Origin: an uncultured delta proteobacterium
GTDB lineage: Bacteria > Desulfobacterota > Desulfobacteria > Desulfobacterales > Desulfosalsimonadaceae
Assembly: GCA_963826785.1 (NCBI GenBank)
Contig: CAWGYD010000003.1
Location: 192,001 to 256,000 of the forward strand
Length of the DNA stretch: 64,000 nucleotides
Reading direction: 5' to 3'
A program made the position numbers and the translations under genes. Positions 9,956 through 21,651 of this stretch are shown here, piece after piece. Below the pieces are notes generated by a model that saw only the letters and a program-made list of their open reading frames with translations, was not told the origin of the DNA and did not search any database. Position 1 is the stretch's first letter. Each line of letters begins with the position of its first letter.

Positions 9956-12934
9956 ATGAGTCGACAAAAGAAGATCGCAATCGTTATCGGCGCCATCCTT
10001 GCCGTTTATTCGCTGGCCGGGTTTGTGGCTGTTCCGCTGATACTTCAATCCATGCTGCCGAAAAAATTAGCCGAGGCACTGCATCGGCCGGTGACCATCG
10101 ACAAGGTCCGCATCAATCCGTTTTCCCTGACCGCATCTGTCGATGGGCTGGTGATCACGGACAAGAACCAGACCGCCCCTTTTGTCTCCTTTGATAAGCT
10201 GCTGATCAATATCCAGGCCGTATCCTTATTCAAGCTGGGCCTGGTGGCAAGGGAAGTGCGCCTGGAAAAACCCCGTGTCCATTTTACCCGAACCGCGCAA
10301 ACCGAATTTAACTTCTCCGACCTGATCACGGGAAAAAAGCCCGAATCCGAATCCGAAGAAACCAAACCGGCCGGGGAGCCGTTTCGGTTTTCCATTTCAA
10401 ATATCGCCATCATCGACGGGAGCGTTGTATTTGAAGATAAACCGGTCAAAGAAGAACACGTCCTGTCCGCGATCAATTTCCGTCTGCCCCGGATCTCCAA
10501 TTTCCAAAAGGACATCGACTCCTATTCGACGCCCGTGCTGACGGGAGAGCTGAACAAGGCGCAGATAAACGTCAACATGGATGCCAAGCCGTTTGAAAAC
10601 AGCCGGGAAACAAAGATCGATTTTTCGCTTTCAGGACTTGAGATTCCCTATTATTTTGTCTATGTACCTGAAAAAAAACTGGGTTTTAAAATCAGCAACG
10701 GCCGCCTGGATATTCAGGCACGGGTATCGTTTCAGGAAAAGAATAATGCGCCGGATGTCACGGTTGAGGGCGTCATCGGTATTGCCGGTCTCAAGATCAC
10801 CGGGCGAGACGGCAGCCCCATTTTGAATCTTACGGATTTAAAGATCGAGGTGGCCCCTTCCCGCCCGCTGGAAAAACAGCTGACCCTTGCGTCCGTCCAC
10901 ATGGATTCGCCGGAACTCTCCGTTTCCCGAAATCCGGAGGGCACGATCAACCTGACGACCCTGGCGCCGGAAAAACCGGCTGAGACAGGAGTGGATGCAT
11001 CGGCAAAGATCACACCGGCCCAATCAACTCCCGGACAGAATCCGCCTGAAAAACCGTTCACGATTGCCATTGATGAATTTTTGGTAGACTCCGGCAAAAT
11101 CTCATGGACCGACCGGGCGGCGTCAAAAACGCGACAAGCCGGGCCGGTGGAAATGTCTGTCGATGGTATTGGCATCAAGATCTCTGATTTTTCCAATGCC
11201 CCGGATCAAACCGCGACATACGATATTCATGCCCTGATCAACAAAAAAGCCGCCGTTTCCGCCGCCGGCCGCGTGGGCGTTGCCCCGCTTCAGGTTCAAA
11301 GCGATTTTGAAATTCAGGACATCAAGCTGGCCTGGGGTCAGCCCTACATTCCCGAAACCGTTCGCCTGGTGATAAATGACGGCAAATTCAGCGCCTCCGG
11401 GCATGCCGCCATCGCCACCGCACCGGAGGGCGCGCTTACGGCAGCGGTATCCGGAAAGGCGGCCGTCGATGAATTTGATTCCATGGACGGGTTAAAAAAC
11501 CAGCCGTTTGCCTCGTGGCGCACGTTTTCGGTTGACGGAATCGAAGTGTCGGTAAATCCCTTGCGCATCAGCACGGATAAAATTCTGCTGAGCGATTTTA
11601 AAAACCACCTGACCTTATTTACGGGCGGGGGATCAAATATGGCGGCAATATTTGCCGAACCTGAAAACCCGACTGGAGCCGGGCAGGAAGCAAAAGCGGC
11701 TGCGGCGGCAGATACGCAGACGCCATCTCCGGTCATCCCCATAAAGATCGGCGAAGTGCTTCTGGAAAATTTTAATGTCGAGTTCATCGACGGCAATATC
11801 GAACCCGAATTTTCCACCGGGTTGAACCTGTCGGAATTGCGGGTCACCGGATTGACCTCCGAGGGCTTCAATGCCGCGGATCTGGATGCAAACGGCCAAA
11901 TCGACAATTACGCACCGATAAAAGTGAACGGCAAAATCAATCCGCTCAAAAAGGACCTGTTCGTTGACCTGACCTACAGCCTGGACAACCTGGAACTCAG
12001 CCCGCTATCGCCGTTTTCCGGAAAATACATCGGCCGGACGATTGAAAAAGGCAAATTCAGCACGAGCGCGGTGTACAAGATCAATCAGAAGGTGATCCAC
12101 GCCGAAAACAAGGTACTGCTGGACCAGTTCACGCTGGGCCGGAAGGTGGACAGCCCGGATGCCCTCGACCTGCCGGTGGGCCTGGCCATCGCCCTGCTCA
12201 AGGACCGCAGCGGAAAGATCAAGCTGGACCTGCCGGTATCCGGAAGGACCGATGACCCGGATTTCGGAATTGGAAAGCCTCTGCTGGCAGCCCTGAAAAA
12301 CCTGGTGATCAAGGCCGCTGCATCGCCCTTTGACCTGGTCGGTTCCATTGTCGGCGGCGGCGAAGAACTCCGCTACATCGAATTTAATCCCGGCAGCGCC
12401 ATGATAGACGATGCAGCCGCCCGGAAACTCGACGCCATCAAAAAGCTGCTGTACGAGCGCCCGATTTTAAAACTCGACATTTCCGGCTATGTTGATCAGG
12501 CGGACAGGGACGCCCTTGCCGACCGGAAGCTGGCGCAAAAAATCAACGACCGACTGGCGAAAAATGGCTCGGTCAAAGACGGTGCGTCCCTGGATGAAAT
12601 CGCGCTGCCGCCCGAAGCATATGAAAAACTGCTCAAGCAGGTGTATGCGCAAGAGGTCCTGTCCGACCCGGATAAGGCAAAGACGCAAAAGCCGTTGGAT
12701 GATCCCGGCCTGACCCCTAAAGAAATGGAATCGCAGATCCGCAGTCAGATCACCGTCTCAGCAGACGAATTGCGCCAGCTGGCCCTCGAAAGAACCCGAC
12801 AGGTCAAGGATGATCTGCTGCACGACAACCATATTGCGGCCGACCGGCTGTTTCTCTTGCAGTCCCATCCCCTCTCCCCTGTCCAAAAAGATAAATTCAA
12901 AGCCTCCCGGGTTGAACTGACCCTGAGGCAGTAA
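9956..12934 (+). CDS. DUF748 / AsmA-like envelope protein with a C-terminal OmpA-like region
   Basis: N-terminal TM anchor, repeated beta-rich units, LPVGLAIALLKDRSGKIKLDLPVSG motif and C-terminal RVELTL. Confidence 0.8.
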   Translation: MSRQKKIAIVIGAILAVYSLAGFVAVPLILQSMLPKKLAEALHRPVTIDKVRINPFSLTASVDGLVITDKNQTAPFVSFDKLLINIQAVSLFKLGLVAREVRLEKPRVHFTRTAQTEFNFSDLITGKKPESESEETKPAGEPFRFSISNIAIIDGSVVFEDKPVKEEHVLSAINFRLPRISNFQKDIDSYSTPVLTGELNKAQINVNMDAKPFENSRETKIDFSLSGLEIPYYFVYVPEKKLGFKISNGRLDIQARVSFQEKNNAPDVTVEGVIGIAGLKITGRDGSPILNLTDLKIEVAPSRPLEKQLTLASVHMDSPELSVSRNPEGTINLTTLAPEKPAETGVDASAKITPAQSTPGQNPPEKPFTIAIDEFLVDSGKISWTDRAASKTRQAGPVEMSVDGIGIKISDFSNAPDQTATYDIHALINKKAAVSAAGRVGVAPLQVQSDFEIQDIKLAWGQPYIPETVRLVINDGKFSASGHAAIATAPEGALTAAVSGKAAVDEFDSMDGLKNQPFASWRTFSVDGIEVSVNPLRISTDKILLSDFKNHLTLFTGGGSNMAAIFAEPENPTGAGQEAKAAAAADTQTPSPVIPIKIGEVLLENFNVEFIDGNIEPEFSTGLNLSELRVTGLTSEGFNAADLDANGQIDNYAPIKVNGKINPLKKDLFVDLTYSLDNLELSPLSPFSGKYIGRTIEKGKFSTSAVYKINQKVIHAENKVLLDQFTLGRKVDSPDALDLPVGLAIALLKDRSGKIKLDLPVSGRTDDPDFGIGKPLLAALKNLVIKAAASPFDLVGSIVGGGEELRYIEFNPGSAMIDDAAARKLDAIKKLLYERPILKLDISGYVDQADRDALADRKLAQKINDRLAKNGSVKDGASLDEIALPPEAYEKLLKQVYAQEVLSDPDKAKTQKPLDDPGLTPKEMESQIRSQITVSADELRQLALERTRQVKDDLLHDNHIAADRLFLLQSHPLSPVQKDKFKASRVELTLRQ

Positions 12935-13065
12935 AGGCAAGCCCTTAAAAACCATTTAACCCGGTGCGCCCGGCAAGCGTTTCACTTGACATCGCACCGC
13001 GCTCAAAATAGATAAAAAACAAGTCAATCCTGCGCGAACCAAATCAATCAAGGAAAAAGTACTTC

Positions 13066-16000
13066 ATGCCCATAGCGTTTCGCCCCCGAAAATTTTGGCT
13101 GGCAGCTCTGTTGATCATCGCCGGACTCATCGGCAACGCGCTGAACCTGCCGCTCATGCTGGGGGTCGATATCCTTTTCGGAAGCATCTTCACGCTGATC
13201 GTTCTGAAACTGTTCCGCTTGAAAGCGGGCCTGTTGGCCGCAATTCTGGCGGGAAGCTATACCCTTTTTTTGTGGGGACACCCCTATGCGCTGGTGATCC
13301 TGGTCTGTGAAGCCCTGTTCGTGGGTGTTCTGCTGGAAAAATTCAAGGAGGGCGAACTCGTCACCTTCGATATGATCTATTGGGTGGTCATGGGCATGCC
13401 GCTGGTCTGGATCTTCTACCATCCGGTTCTGGGCATGACGACCAAGGCCACGCTGGTGGTCATGCTCAAACAGGGGATCAACGGCATATTCAATGCGGCC
13501 ATGGCCTCCATCATCCTTAACTATACCCCCCTTGCCGCCTGGGTCAAAGCGCCCGGTTACAAACCGGATAGGCCTTCCGGCATGCTGTCTTTGAAATCCA
13601 ACTTTTCCCAGCCGATCATCTCCGGGGTGATCCTGTCCATATTCATACTGCTCAACATCACCGGCAAGATCGAATTCAACCAGCTTGAAAAGGAAGTCAA
13701 ATCGGAGCTTGGGAACAATTTGGCCTTTATTTCCGAATCTCTTGATCTCTGGGTGGGCCAACACACGGATATCGTGCAATGGATTGCCGCCCGTGCCGGG
13801 CAGACAGGGGGTCTGTCCACCCGGGAACTGACCGGAATGCTGGTGACGCTCAAAGCCTCGGATTCCGACTTCCTGGATCTCGCCGTGGGAGATGCGCAGG
13901 GCCGGATCCTGAACGGCACCGCAGATATGCGCGGTCAGGAAAATACGCCCGCACAAATGAAACCGGCCGTTCAAACTTACTTTCAGGCATTCAAGTCCGG
14001 CCAGAAGACCGTTTTGTCCGATACGTGCGAAACGCTCATGGGAAAATCCACCCCTCAGCCGGTGGCTGTAATTGCCAGCCCGATCCGTATCGACGGGCAT
14101 TTTGCCGGATACGTCGCCGGAGCACTGAGACTGGACAGCATTGCCCGTGTCATTGCCGGCAATTCGGGGAAAAGCGGCGAAAACTTCATGATCCTGGACA
14201 GCCGCAAGCGCATTGTGGCATCATCGTCCGGGGTACAGCCGGTCCCCAGGATGTTTCGATCTCCCGAAGGATCTCAGATCCGGCGCCTGGATGACCGCAC
14301 ATACCTGCGTATGCCCGCCCTGAAGACGAAAAATCCCATGCAGAAGTGGTTTCAGTCATTTTATATCATCGAAGCGCCGCCAAAGGGGAACCAACTGTGG
14401 ACACTGATCGGCGAAATTCCGGCCGCCCCTTACCGGGATCGGCTTTATACGTTGTATATTACCCATTTAATCATTGCACTGATGATCATCATGGTGGTGG
14501 TCTTCCTGACGGAATTCGTCAGCCGGCGGGTGGCTGCCCCCATCGTGGATCTGGATGCACTGGCGGTCCGCCTGCCCCATTCGCTTGATTCACCCGACCG
14601 GTTTTCATGGCCGAAAAGCAGCATCAAGGAAGTCAGTTCACTTGCCTGCAGTTTTCAGGAGATGGAGGATCTGCTCCGTCAGAAATTCCAGGAACGCAGG
14701 CAGATCGGGATCGAACTTCTGCGGGCCAAAGAGCAGGCCGAAGCCTCCAATCATGCCAAAAGCGAGTTTCTGGCCAACATGAGTCACGAGATTCGCACAC
14801 CCATCGGCGGCATCATGGGAATGGCGGATATGGCGCTGTCCCTGTGCACGGAAGAGGAACAACGGGAATGCCTGCAGTTGATCAAGGATTCGACCGCTTC
14901 TTTACAGGGCATCGTCAATGATATTCTGGACCTTTCCAAGATCGAAGCCGGCAAACTCGATCTGGTGCCCGTCAGTTTCGATCTTCGATCGCTTCTGGAC
15001 GGCATCATGAACACCTTCAAGGTCCTGGCCCAATCCAAGAATCTCGTGCTGAAAGCCAAAATCGCCCCTGACCTTCCCGCAAGCCTCATTGGCGACCCGG
15101 ACCGGATCCGGCAGGTTCTGGTCAATCTGGTGGGAAATGCATGTAAATTTACAAAGCAGGGAGAGGTCGAAATTACGGTCACGCACATCCGAACCGGAGA
15201 AAAAGGGACAGATGATGCGAATGCGCCCATCAAGCTGTTTTTCTGCGTGACGGACACGGGCATCGGCATCGCTTCTGAAAAACAGGCGGCTATCTTTGAA
15301 AGTTTCAACCAGGCCGATCAATCCATCAGCAAACGCTATGGCGGAACCGGACTCGGGCTGTCCATCTCCCGGAAGCTGGTGGAAATGATGGGGGGTGAAA
15401 TATGGCTGGAGAGCACCGAGGGGAAGGGATCATCCTTTCATTTTTCCATCCTGGTTGCAGAAGCGGGTACTGAAACGGACGCCACAACATTCAATTCCCC
15501 GGCAGCCGGTACGGAATCGATCCCTGCCCTGCGGATTCTGCTGGCAGAAGACAATCAGATCAACCAGCGGTTTATCGGCTACTTCCTGACCCGGGCGGGG
15601 CACCATGTGGTTTGCGCGGCCAATGGAAAAGACGCCCTGGCGGCGCTGAAAGAAAAACGGTTCGATCTCATCCTCATGGACATGCAGATGCCGGAAATGG
15701 ACGGCATGGAAGCGATCCTGCGCATACGGTCATCCTCGGAGAGCCATTTCAACCCCCAAATCCCCATCATCGCCTTGACGGCATACGCCATGAAAGGCGA
15801 CCGGGAGTCCATTCTGGAATCGGGCGCCAACGAATACCTGGCCAAGCCGGTGGAGATCGATGCCCTTTTTTCCACCATCTTCAAAGTTGTTTCCGGGACG
15901 CCAAAAGGCGTAACGCAACATCTGGCGGAAGCGGTGAATCTTGATCAACTGGCCGCCGATTTTGGCGGCCATCCCGGTTATGAAGTCGTGATCGAACAGC

Positions 16001-16278
16001 TGGTGACGATGTTTCTGTGCGAGACACCGGACCTGGTGGAGGAACTGCGCCGGGCCGTGTTATCGGATGATGCCCGGGAGATATCCATACTGGCCCACAA
16101 ATTGTGCAATTCAGCCGCCGTGATCAAAGCCGATGGCATACTTGATATCGCCCGGCAAATCGAATCGGCGGCCCGGACAAACCGACTGGAAGTCGTCCGC
16201 AATTGTTTCAAAGAACTGCCACCTGAACTCGACCGGGTGGAAAGGGTCTTGAAAACACAGTTCCCGGAAAAAAATTAA
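13066..16278 (+). CDS. Hybrid sensor histidine kinase (membrane domain, Cache-like, HisKA, HATPase, REC, Hpt)
   Basis: [13 protein letters not shown]-box, N/G1/F/G2 boxes, ILLAEDN...LMDMQMP receiver and AHKL Hpt. Confidence 0.92.
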   Translation: MPIAFRPRKFWLAALLIIAGLIGNALNLPLMLGVDILFGSIFTLIVLKLFRLKAGLLAAILAGSYTLFLWGHPYALVILVCEALFVGVLLEKFKEGELVTFDMIYWVVMGMPLVWIFYHPVLGMTTKATLVVMLKQGINGIFNAAMASIILNYTPLAAWVKAPGYKPDRPSGMLSLKSNFSQPIISGVILSIFILLNITGKIEFNQLEKEVKSELGNNLAFISESLDLWVGQHTDIVQWIAARAGQTGGLSTRELTGMLVTLKASDSDFLDLAVGDAQGRILNGTADMRGQENTPAQMKPAVQTYFQAFKSGQKTVLSDTCETLMGKSTPQPVAVIASPIRIDGHFAGYVAGALRLDSIARVIAGNSGKSGENFMILDSRKRIVASSSGVQPVPRMFRSPEGSQIRRLDDRTYLRMPALKTKNPMQKWFQSFYIIEAPPKGNQLWTLIGEIPAAPYRDRLYTLYITHLIIALMIIMVVVFLTEFVSRRVAAPIVDLDALAVRLPHSLDSPDRFSWPKSSIKEVSSLACSFQEMEDLLRQKFQERRQIGIELLRAKEQAEASNHAKSEFLANMSHEIRTPIGGIMGMADMALSLCTEEEQRECLQLIKDSTASLQGIVNDILDLSKIEAGKLDLVPVSFDLRSLLDGIMNTFKVLAQSKNLVLKAKIAPDLPASLIGDPDRIRQVLVNLVGNACKFTKQGEVEITVTHIRTGEKGTDDANAPIKLFFCVTDTGIGIASEKQAAIFESFNQADQSISKRYGGTGLGLSISRKLVEMMGGEIWLESTEGKGSSFHFSILVAEAGTETDATTFNSPAAGTESIPALRILLAEDNQINQRFIGYFLTRAGHHVVCAANGKDALAALKEKRFDLILMDMQMPEMDGMEAILRIRSSSESHFNPQIPIIALTAYAMKGDRESILESGANEYLAKPVEIDALFSTIFKVVSGTPKGVTQHLAEAVNLDQLAADFGGHPGYEVVIEQLVTMFLCETPDLVEELRRAVLSDDAREISILAHKLCNSAAVIKADGILDIARQIESAARTNRLEVVRNCFKELPPELDRVERVLKTQFPEKN

Positions 16279-16302
16279 GAACCCGGTTGAACCGCTCGTT
16301 TT

Positions 16303-18078
16303 TCAGGCGGATTTCTTATATGTTTCCTTGTTCGCGTCCGCACCCGCCTGATTTTCAGGACGCGCCGGCCGCAAAGGTGCATGCCAGGCCAGGTGAAACC
16401 CCTCCCCGGTAACCACCGACGGATCGGTGACCGCGACGTTCCCGTCTTCCGGGAGCACCACCCGCATGGGGCAGTCCGTCATGATGTCCTTTCCGATATC
16501 CACCCCGGGCATCACCTCTATGAGCATCATGCCCTTCGGGGTCAGTTTGAATACGCCCACATTGGTGATATACAGGACCGTCTTTCCTTTTTTGAGTGCC
16601 TGTTGGCCGCTCATGGTAATCTCACTGACGCTTTGAACGAACTTGTGCGGCCCGGGTTTTTCAATCACCAGGCGGCCGTTGACGATCGCCATTGTTGAAT
16701 GGGCCATCCAGCTGCCGACGAAAAGGATGGTGTCGGCCGCGGCGCAGAAATCAGGGAAACCGCCCGGCCCCACGTAATTCAGGGGGCCGTCTCCGCGCTT
16801 GGAGACATTGAGATTCCCCTCGCTGTCGGCTTCCAGAATGCCCAGGATGGCGGCATCCAGGTGCTCGTAGCACAGGTGGAAAATCTGAGCCGAAGACATG
16901 ATCTCACGGGGATTGATGGATGCGCCGAAGAAGATCCCGGGGGCGGGCAGTCCGCCCACCACGCCGGTCTCGGACATAAAGGTCACGTCTTTGAACAATC
17001 CCCCCTCGTAGATCAGCCGGGCGACTTCCTCGGGCATTCCCACCCCGATGATGATGTTGCAGCACTTGTGGACATAACGTGTGAATACCGAAGCCGCCAG
17101 CCGGGCCAGGGCGTTTTCCACCCGCCCCCGCTTGGGCGTGATTCGGAGCACTTCATTGATAAACCGCAGTTTTTCCATGGCGGGATCGATATCAACGTTT
17201 GCCCCTTCGGTGAACATGGGCCAGTATTTGCGCTGGGGCACCGACCCGGTCTGCTCGTTGTACGGATGAACCACCACCGCATCCACCATGTCCGCCGGCA
17301 GAAAAATTTCATCCGGGCGCTTCTCCACGATTTCAGCCACACTGACCAGCACCCGGCCGCCGTTGGCTTTAGCGGCTTTTGCCGATTCATGATTCTCGGT
17401 GTACAGGCAGCAGTTCCGGACATAGATGTTGCCCTCCCGGTCGGCGGACGGAGCGACGAACAACGCCACATCGACGGGCGGAAGATGATAGCGCAGCTTG
17501 TCTCCGGCGGCATCTGTCATGCTTTTCCCCCTGCCGGGGACCACCACGGTCCCGTTTCCCACCCGGGGGTCTAAAAATGTGCCCACCCCGGTTTCGGATT
17601 CCAGTGCATAAACCCCGTTTCCCTGCGCTTCGATCAGCATGGCTTCGATCCCCTGGGGGAAGGTGTGCAGTTCGACCAAACCTTTTTCGGCCAGCTTCAG
17701 CATGCTCCGGACGGTTTCATGATGCCCGGCGATAAACCGGGTGACCAGCCCCTCGTGTTTCCCGAGTTCCTCCACGGTGCCGGGCACCCGCCCCCGGCCG
17801 CCCTGGGCGCCGACGATGATGTGGGTCAGCCCCCGGGGGTGCCCGGTCTCCCGAAAGGAGCGCTCGATGGCCCAGAACCACACAGATGGGCGTGCATTGG
17901 CCGCCATGCCGCAGGAAAAGGAGACCGCCCCGTCCCGGATCAACCGGACCGCTTCCATGGCCGTCATGAATTTCGGGTTGGACACGCCTTCGGGTATGTA
18001 ATCGAGATCCTTTCGCTCCCAGGTCAATCGCCACTTTGCGACGTGGGCCAGCAATTGCAGCCGGGCAAACAGATTCAT
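16303..18078 (-). CDS. Family I acyl-CoA transferase (fused alpha/beta, Pct/YdiF-like)
   Basis: ETGVGTFLDPR, IGVGMPE, catalytic SETG and GPGGF motifs. Confidence 0.85.
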   Translation of the reverse strand: MNLFARLQLLAHVAKWRLTWERKDLDYIPEGVSNPKFMTAMEAVRLIRDGAVSFSCGMAANARPSVWFWAIERSFRETGHPRGLTHIIVGAQGGRGRVPGTVEELGKHEGLVTRFIAGHHETVRSMLKLAEKGLVELHTFPQGIEAMLIEAQGNGVYALESETGVGTFLDPRVGNGTVVVPGRGKSMTDAAGDKLRYHLPPVDVALFVAPSADREGNIYVRNCCLYTENHESAKAAKANGGRVLVSVAEIVEKRPDEIFLPADMVDAVVVHPYNEQTGSVPQRKYWPMFTEGANVDIDPAMEKLRFINEVLRITPKRGRVENALARLAASVFTRYVHKCCNIIIGVGMPEEVARLIYEGGLFKDVTFMSETGVVGGLPAPGIFFGASINPREIMSSAQIFHLCYEHLDAAILGILEADSEGNLNVSKRGDGPLNYVGPGGFPDFCAAADTILFVGSWMAHSTMAIVNGRLVIEKPGPHKFVQSVSEITMSGQQALKKGKTVLYITNVGVFKLTPKGMMLIEVMPGVDIGKDIMTDCPMRVVLPEDGNVAVTDPSVVTGEGFHLAWHAPLRPARPENQAGADANKETYKKSA

Positions 18079-18147
18079 GGCAGCCTCCTCATTGGTCGAT
18101 GAATTTTTTTCTCGGAAACGACGACGGTCAATTCCGGATATGAGGAG

Positions 18148-18163
18148 TGCAATCGATGTGCCA
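18148..18163 (-). promoter_or_regulatory. sigma54 promoter of the CoA-transferase gene
   Basis: Minus strand TGGCACATCGATTGCA is a near-consensus -24/-12 element about 70 nt upstream of the ATG. Confidence 0.85.
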
Positions 18164-18661
18164 GATCATGAAAGCTGAGGTGATGGCCTGTGTAAAATCA
18201 GAAATTCAGGGCTTTTTCGAAGATGCGAGGCTTTCATGCATTGAAAAACGGGAGGTCTGAATACCGGCGGGATGCTTACATCCCGGATTTACAAAATTTC
18301 AACAATGATCCGAAGGTGACTGCGAAGGCGGTGTCGGATGATTTTTAAGGAAAATATCATGTCAAAAAATCCGGCAGGTTGTAAAAAACGAAGAACGCTT
18401 TTTATTCCGGAGGCAAAGGGGGAAGTGTTTCCCCAGGCGGTCTTTCCAGATTGCCGCCCGGCGGGTCCGGCGCTGCTGAAAACCCTGTCAACTTTTTTGA
18501 GCTGGATTGATTGCCCCCCACCGCGTGCCGGCAATACTGGAAAAGGGCCGCCGGGGGCCAGGAAAAAAAATCACCCGGGTAAACGGCGTGGAGGTGATTG
18601 TCATTAAGCCGGGGATCAGATCGGCCATGCAGCCGCAGGGCGGCTTTACAGGCAAAGCCGG

Positions 18662-18859
18662 TCAGGCATCCACCGCCACCAGGCTGATCCCCAGTTTCTG
18701 CTCGAGATGCTGCAGCTTTTGCATTTTACCGTCATCCAGACTGGCCGGATTGAGCGAATGGCAGGAAAAGGCCAACAGGACCGTTCCCAGTTCCTGCTCC
18801 ATCCGGTTGATTTCGGTGATGTCATTTTCGGTAAGGGTGGTGGACAGGCTGCATAGCAT
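18662..18859 (-). CDS. Small hypothetical protein (65 aa) with an internal two-fold repeat
   Basis: RBS AGGAG. The two halves end ...EQELGTVLLAF and ...EQKLGISLVAV. Confidence 0.65.
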   Translation of the reverse strand: MLCSLSTTLTENDITEINRMEQELGTVLLAFSCHSLNPASLDDGKMQKLQHLEQKLGISLVAVDA

Positions 18860-18991
18860 GGCAAATTCTCCTTTGGGCATTTTTTGTCATTTGAAAACAG
18901 TCATATAAGGTCCGGGTACCATCGCCCTAAATATATATTCAGGATTATGACTTCGCCATATTCTAAATTGATTTGAGAAAAAATACCTATA

Positions 18992-20011
18992 TTATTCAAA
19001 TAGTTGTTTGATATCAGAAAAAGAAATCGGCTCCACCACGGCCTTTCCGATGGCGGACAGCAGAACAAAATGAATAAACGCCCCTTCGCGCTTCTTGTCC
19101 CGGGCCAGGGCATCGAGCACCCGGTCCTTATCCAGGGCGATGTCCACCGGCAGGTGAAACCGGTTGAGTAAAGTGATAATCCGATCCACTTCGTTTCGGG
19201 TGATCATCTTCCGCGCGGCGGACAGCTTCGCGGCCGCCGCCATGCCCACCGCCACCGCTTCGCCGTGGGAAAGGCCGGTGGTTTTTTCCACGGCATGGCC
19301 CAGGGTGTGCCCGAAATTGAGCTTGCGGCGCTCCCCTTTTTCGGTTTCATCGGCGTTGACCACCGCGGCCTTGATGGTCACGGAATCCGATATCACCTGC
19401 TCCATCACCCCGGGATCCAGGGCGAGCGCTTTTGCGTGATGGTCTTCGAGATAGGCAAAATATTCCGCATCGGCAATGGCGGCATGCTTGATGATTTCGG
19501 AAAATCCGCTGGAGCGCTCCTTTGCCGGCAGTGTAGGCAAAACAGCGGGGTCGCAGAGCACGAATTCCGGCTGGGAAAACACCCCCACCATGTTCTTGTA
19601 TCCGGCAAAATTCACGCCGGTTTTGCCCCCCACGCTGGCATCCACCTGGGCCAGCAGTGTGGTGGGCACGTAGCCGAAGGACACCCCCCGCAGGTAGGTG
19701 GAGGCAACAAACCCGGTGATGTCGCAGACGATGCCGCCGCCGATCCCCAGCAGAAACACGGACCGGTCCGCCTCAAGATCGATGAGGCGAGCATAGATGT
19801 CTGCAACCGTATCTAACGTCTTGATCGGCTCCCCTGCCCCAACGACAATCACCTCGGCCTTCGGAAACGCATGCCCATAGAGGCCGGCTACGGTCTGATC
19901 GGTGATGATCACGGTCCGGCCGGACGGCAGGTAATTTCCGGCCCGCTCCAGCCGTTCGCCCACCACAATCCGGGAGTGGCCGGTTTTTCCCGATATTTCA
20001 AATGTTTTCAA
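18992..20011 (-). CDS. aroB: 3-dehydroquinate synthase
   Basis: GGGIVCD, PTTLLAQVDASVGGKTG, LNFGHTLGHA and HGEAVA motifs. Confidence 0.95.
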   Translation of the reverse strand: MKTFEISGKTGHSRIVVGERLERAGNYLPSGRTVIITDQTVAGLYGHAFPKAEVIVVGAGEPIKTLDTVADIYARLIDLEADRSVFLLGIGGGIVCDITGFVASTYLRGVSFGYVPTTLLAQVDASVGGKTGVNFAGYKNMVGVFSQPEFVLCDPAVLPTLPAKERSSGFSEIIKHAAIADAEYFAYLEDHHAKALALDPGVMEQVISDSVTIKAAVVNADETEKGERRKLNFGHTLGHAVEKTTGLSHGEAVAVGMAAAAKLSAARKMITRNEVDRIITLLNRFHLPVDIALDKDRVLDALARDKKREGAFIHFVLLSAIGKAVVEPISFSDIKQLFE

Positions 20012-20130
20012 ATGATCCTCCTCATGATGCGCTGTAAATGAATTTCGCTTTCAAAGGCGCGCGGGATCCAAAAAGGGTATCTGATTTTCCTTGTTCGTTC
20101 CTTTTTCTTTGGCGGGCGCTTTTTCCCAAT

Positions 20131-21146
20131 TCACTCAGCCCGGGGTCTGAAAATATCTTCGATGAGCCGGATCTCCCGGCACAGGGCCGCAAACTGTTGC
20201 GGGTACAGGGACTGGACCCCGTCGCTCTTGGCGTTTTCGGGTTCATGATGGACTTCGATCATGATGCCGTGGGCATTCACCGCAGCAGCCGCCCGGGCGA
20301 GCGGGACCACCTGGTCCCGGTACCCGGCGGCATGGCTGGGGTCCACCACCACGGGCAGATGGCTTTCCCGCCGCACCACCGGCACGGCGGACAGGTCCAG
20401 CGTGTTGCGGCTGTGGCGGGCAAAAGTCCGCACGCCCCGCTCGCAAAGGATGACATCGGGGTTGCCTTCGGCCATGATGTATTCGGCCGCCATCAGCCAC
20501 TCGTCCACTGTGGCCGACATGCCGCGTTTTAACAGCACCGGCTTTTTGCTTTCCCCGGCCCGGCGCAGCAGGGAAAAATTCTGCATGTTGCGCGTGCCGA
20601 TCTGAACGACATCCGCGTATTTTTCCACCATGTCGAAATGCGACAGGTCCATTACCTCGGTGACTACCGGCAGGTCGAACTCGCTTCTTACCCTGGCCAG
20701 GATTTTCAATCCCTCCTCACCGAGCCCCTGGAATGAATAGGGAGACGTTCGCGGCTTGAAGGCGCCGCCCCGGAACAGGTCCCCGCCCGCTGCCTTGACG
20801 TGTCCGGCGATGGTCAGGGCCTGCATTTCGCTCTCCACCGCACAGGGTCCGGCGATAATGGCCAGACGATCCCCGCCGATGACGGCGGTTCCGGTCCGAA
20901 TGACCGTATCGGCCGGCCGGGTCTCGCGGCTGACCAGCTTGAACGGCCGGGTAACGGTGATGGCCTCTTTCACCCCGGGCAGCTCCTGAAAATAGGTGGC
21001 GTCCACCGCCCCCTTGTTGAACAAAACCGCTATGGATACCCGGTCTCCCCCGGGATCGGCCGGGCCTCGTATCCTTTTTCCCCGATCGCGGAGATGACCG
21101 CATCGATCTGTTCCCGGCCGGCGTCTTTGCGCATGACAATCAGCAT
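20131..21146 (-). CDS. aroF: DAHP synthase, type I-beta; frameshift at ~21050
   Basis: IAGPCAVE, GGAFKPRTSPYSFQG and DPSH motifs. The N-terminus MLIVMRKDA... is in another frame and is restored by one extra G in a G-run. Confidence 0.9.
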
Positions 21147-21172
21147 ATTGCAACCCCCTTTTGGTTAGGAAT

Positions 21173-21214
21173 AAAAAAAGACCGTGGGGCCTTCAAGCGG
21201 CCCTCACGGTCTTT
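21173..21214 (-). terminator. Attenuator terminator upstream of aroF
   Basis: Minus strand AAAGACCGTGAGGGCC-loop-GGCCCCACGGTC followed by 7 T, about 27 nt before the aroF start. Confidence 0.85.
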
Positions 21215-21241
21215 GTCGTGGTATAAATGGGATCTAAAAAA

Positions 21242-21328
21242 CTAATCCGACGCCGGCCAAAAGGCACGCCCTGATATGTCGCCTTTCCGCCACCAGTTTC
21301 CAAATTGTCGAATTTGCATTGAATTCAT
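21242..21328 (-). CDS. Attenuation leader peptide MNSMQIRQFGNWWRKGDISGRAFWPASD
   Basis: 28-codon ORF with tandem TGG TGG plus F and FW, ending about 27 nt before the terminator. TTGACA at 21386-21391 upstream. Confidence 0.75.
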   Translation of the reverse strand: MNSMQIRQFGNWWRKGDISGRAFWPASD

Positions 21329-21651
21329 CTTCAGATATCCATATTCTTCCCAATGTTCATTTTATCTATATGAAAAAAAAGGGCTTGTCAATTCCTGAAA
21401 TATCCGCAATGAAACGTTTTTTCAGGCGAATCCCTTTGCAGTCCCGACCGCCCGCAGGGGTGACGGACCCTTGCGGATAACGGCAAATCCGATGATTCTT
21501 GACATGGATATATCTTTTGACCATATATTTATCAAAAACGCCTGCCGGGCAGATGACGGTGCCGGTTTAGCCACAAGACCGGCTTTTGGTCCAGGCACGA
21601 AAACCCAGTGCGGTTTACCATATTTTCAGAACACTTTTCAGGAGGTAGGAG

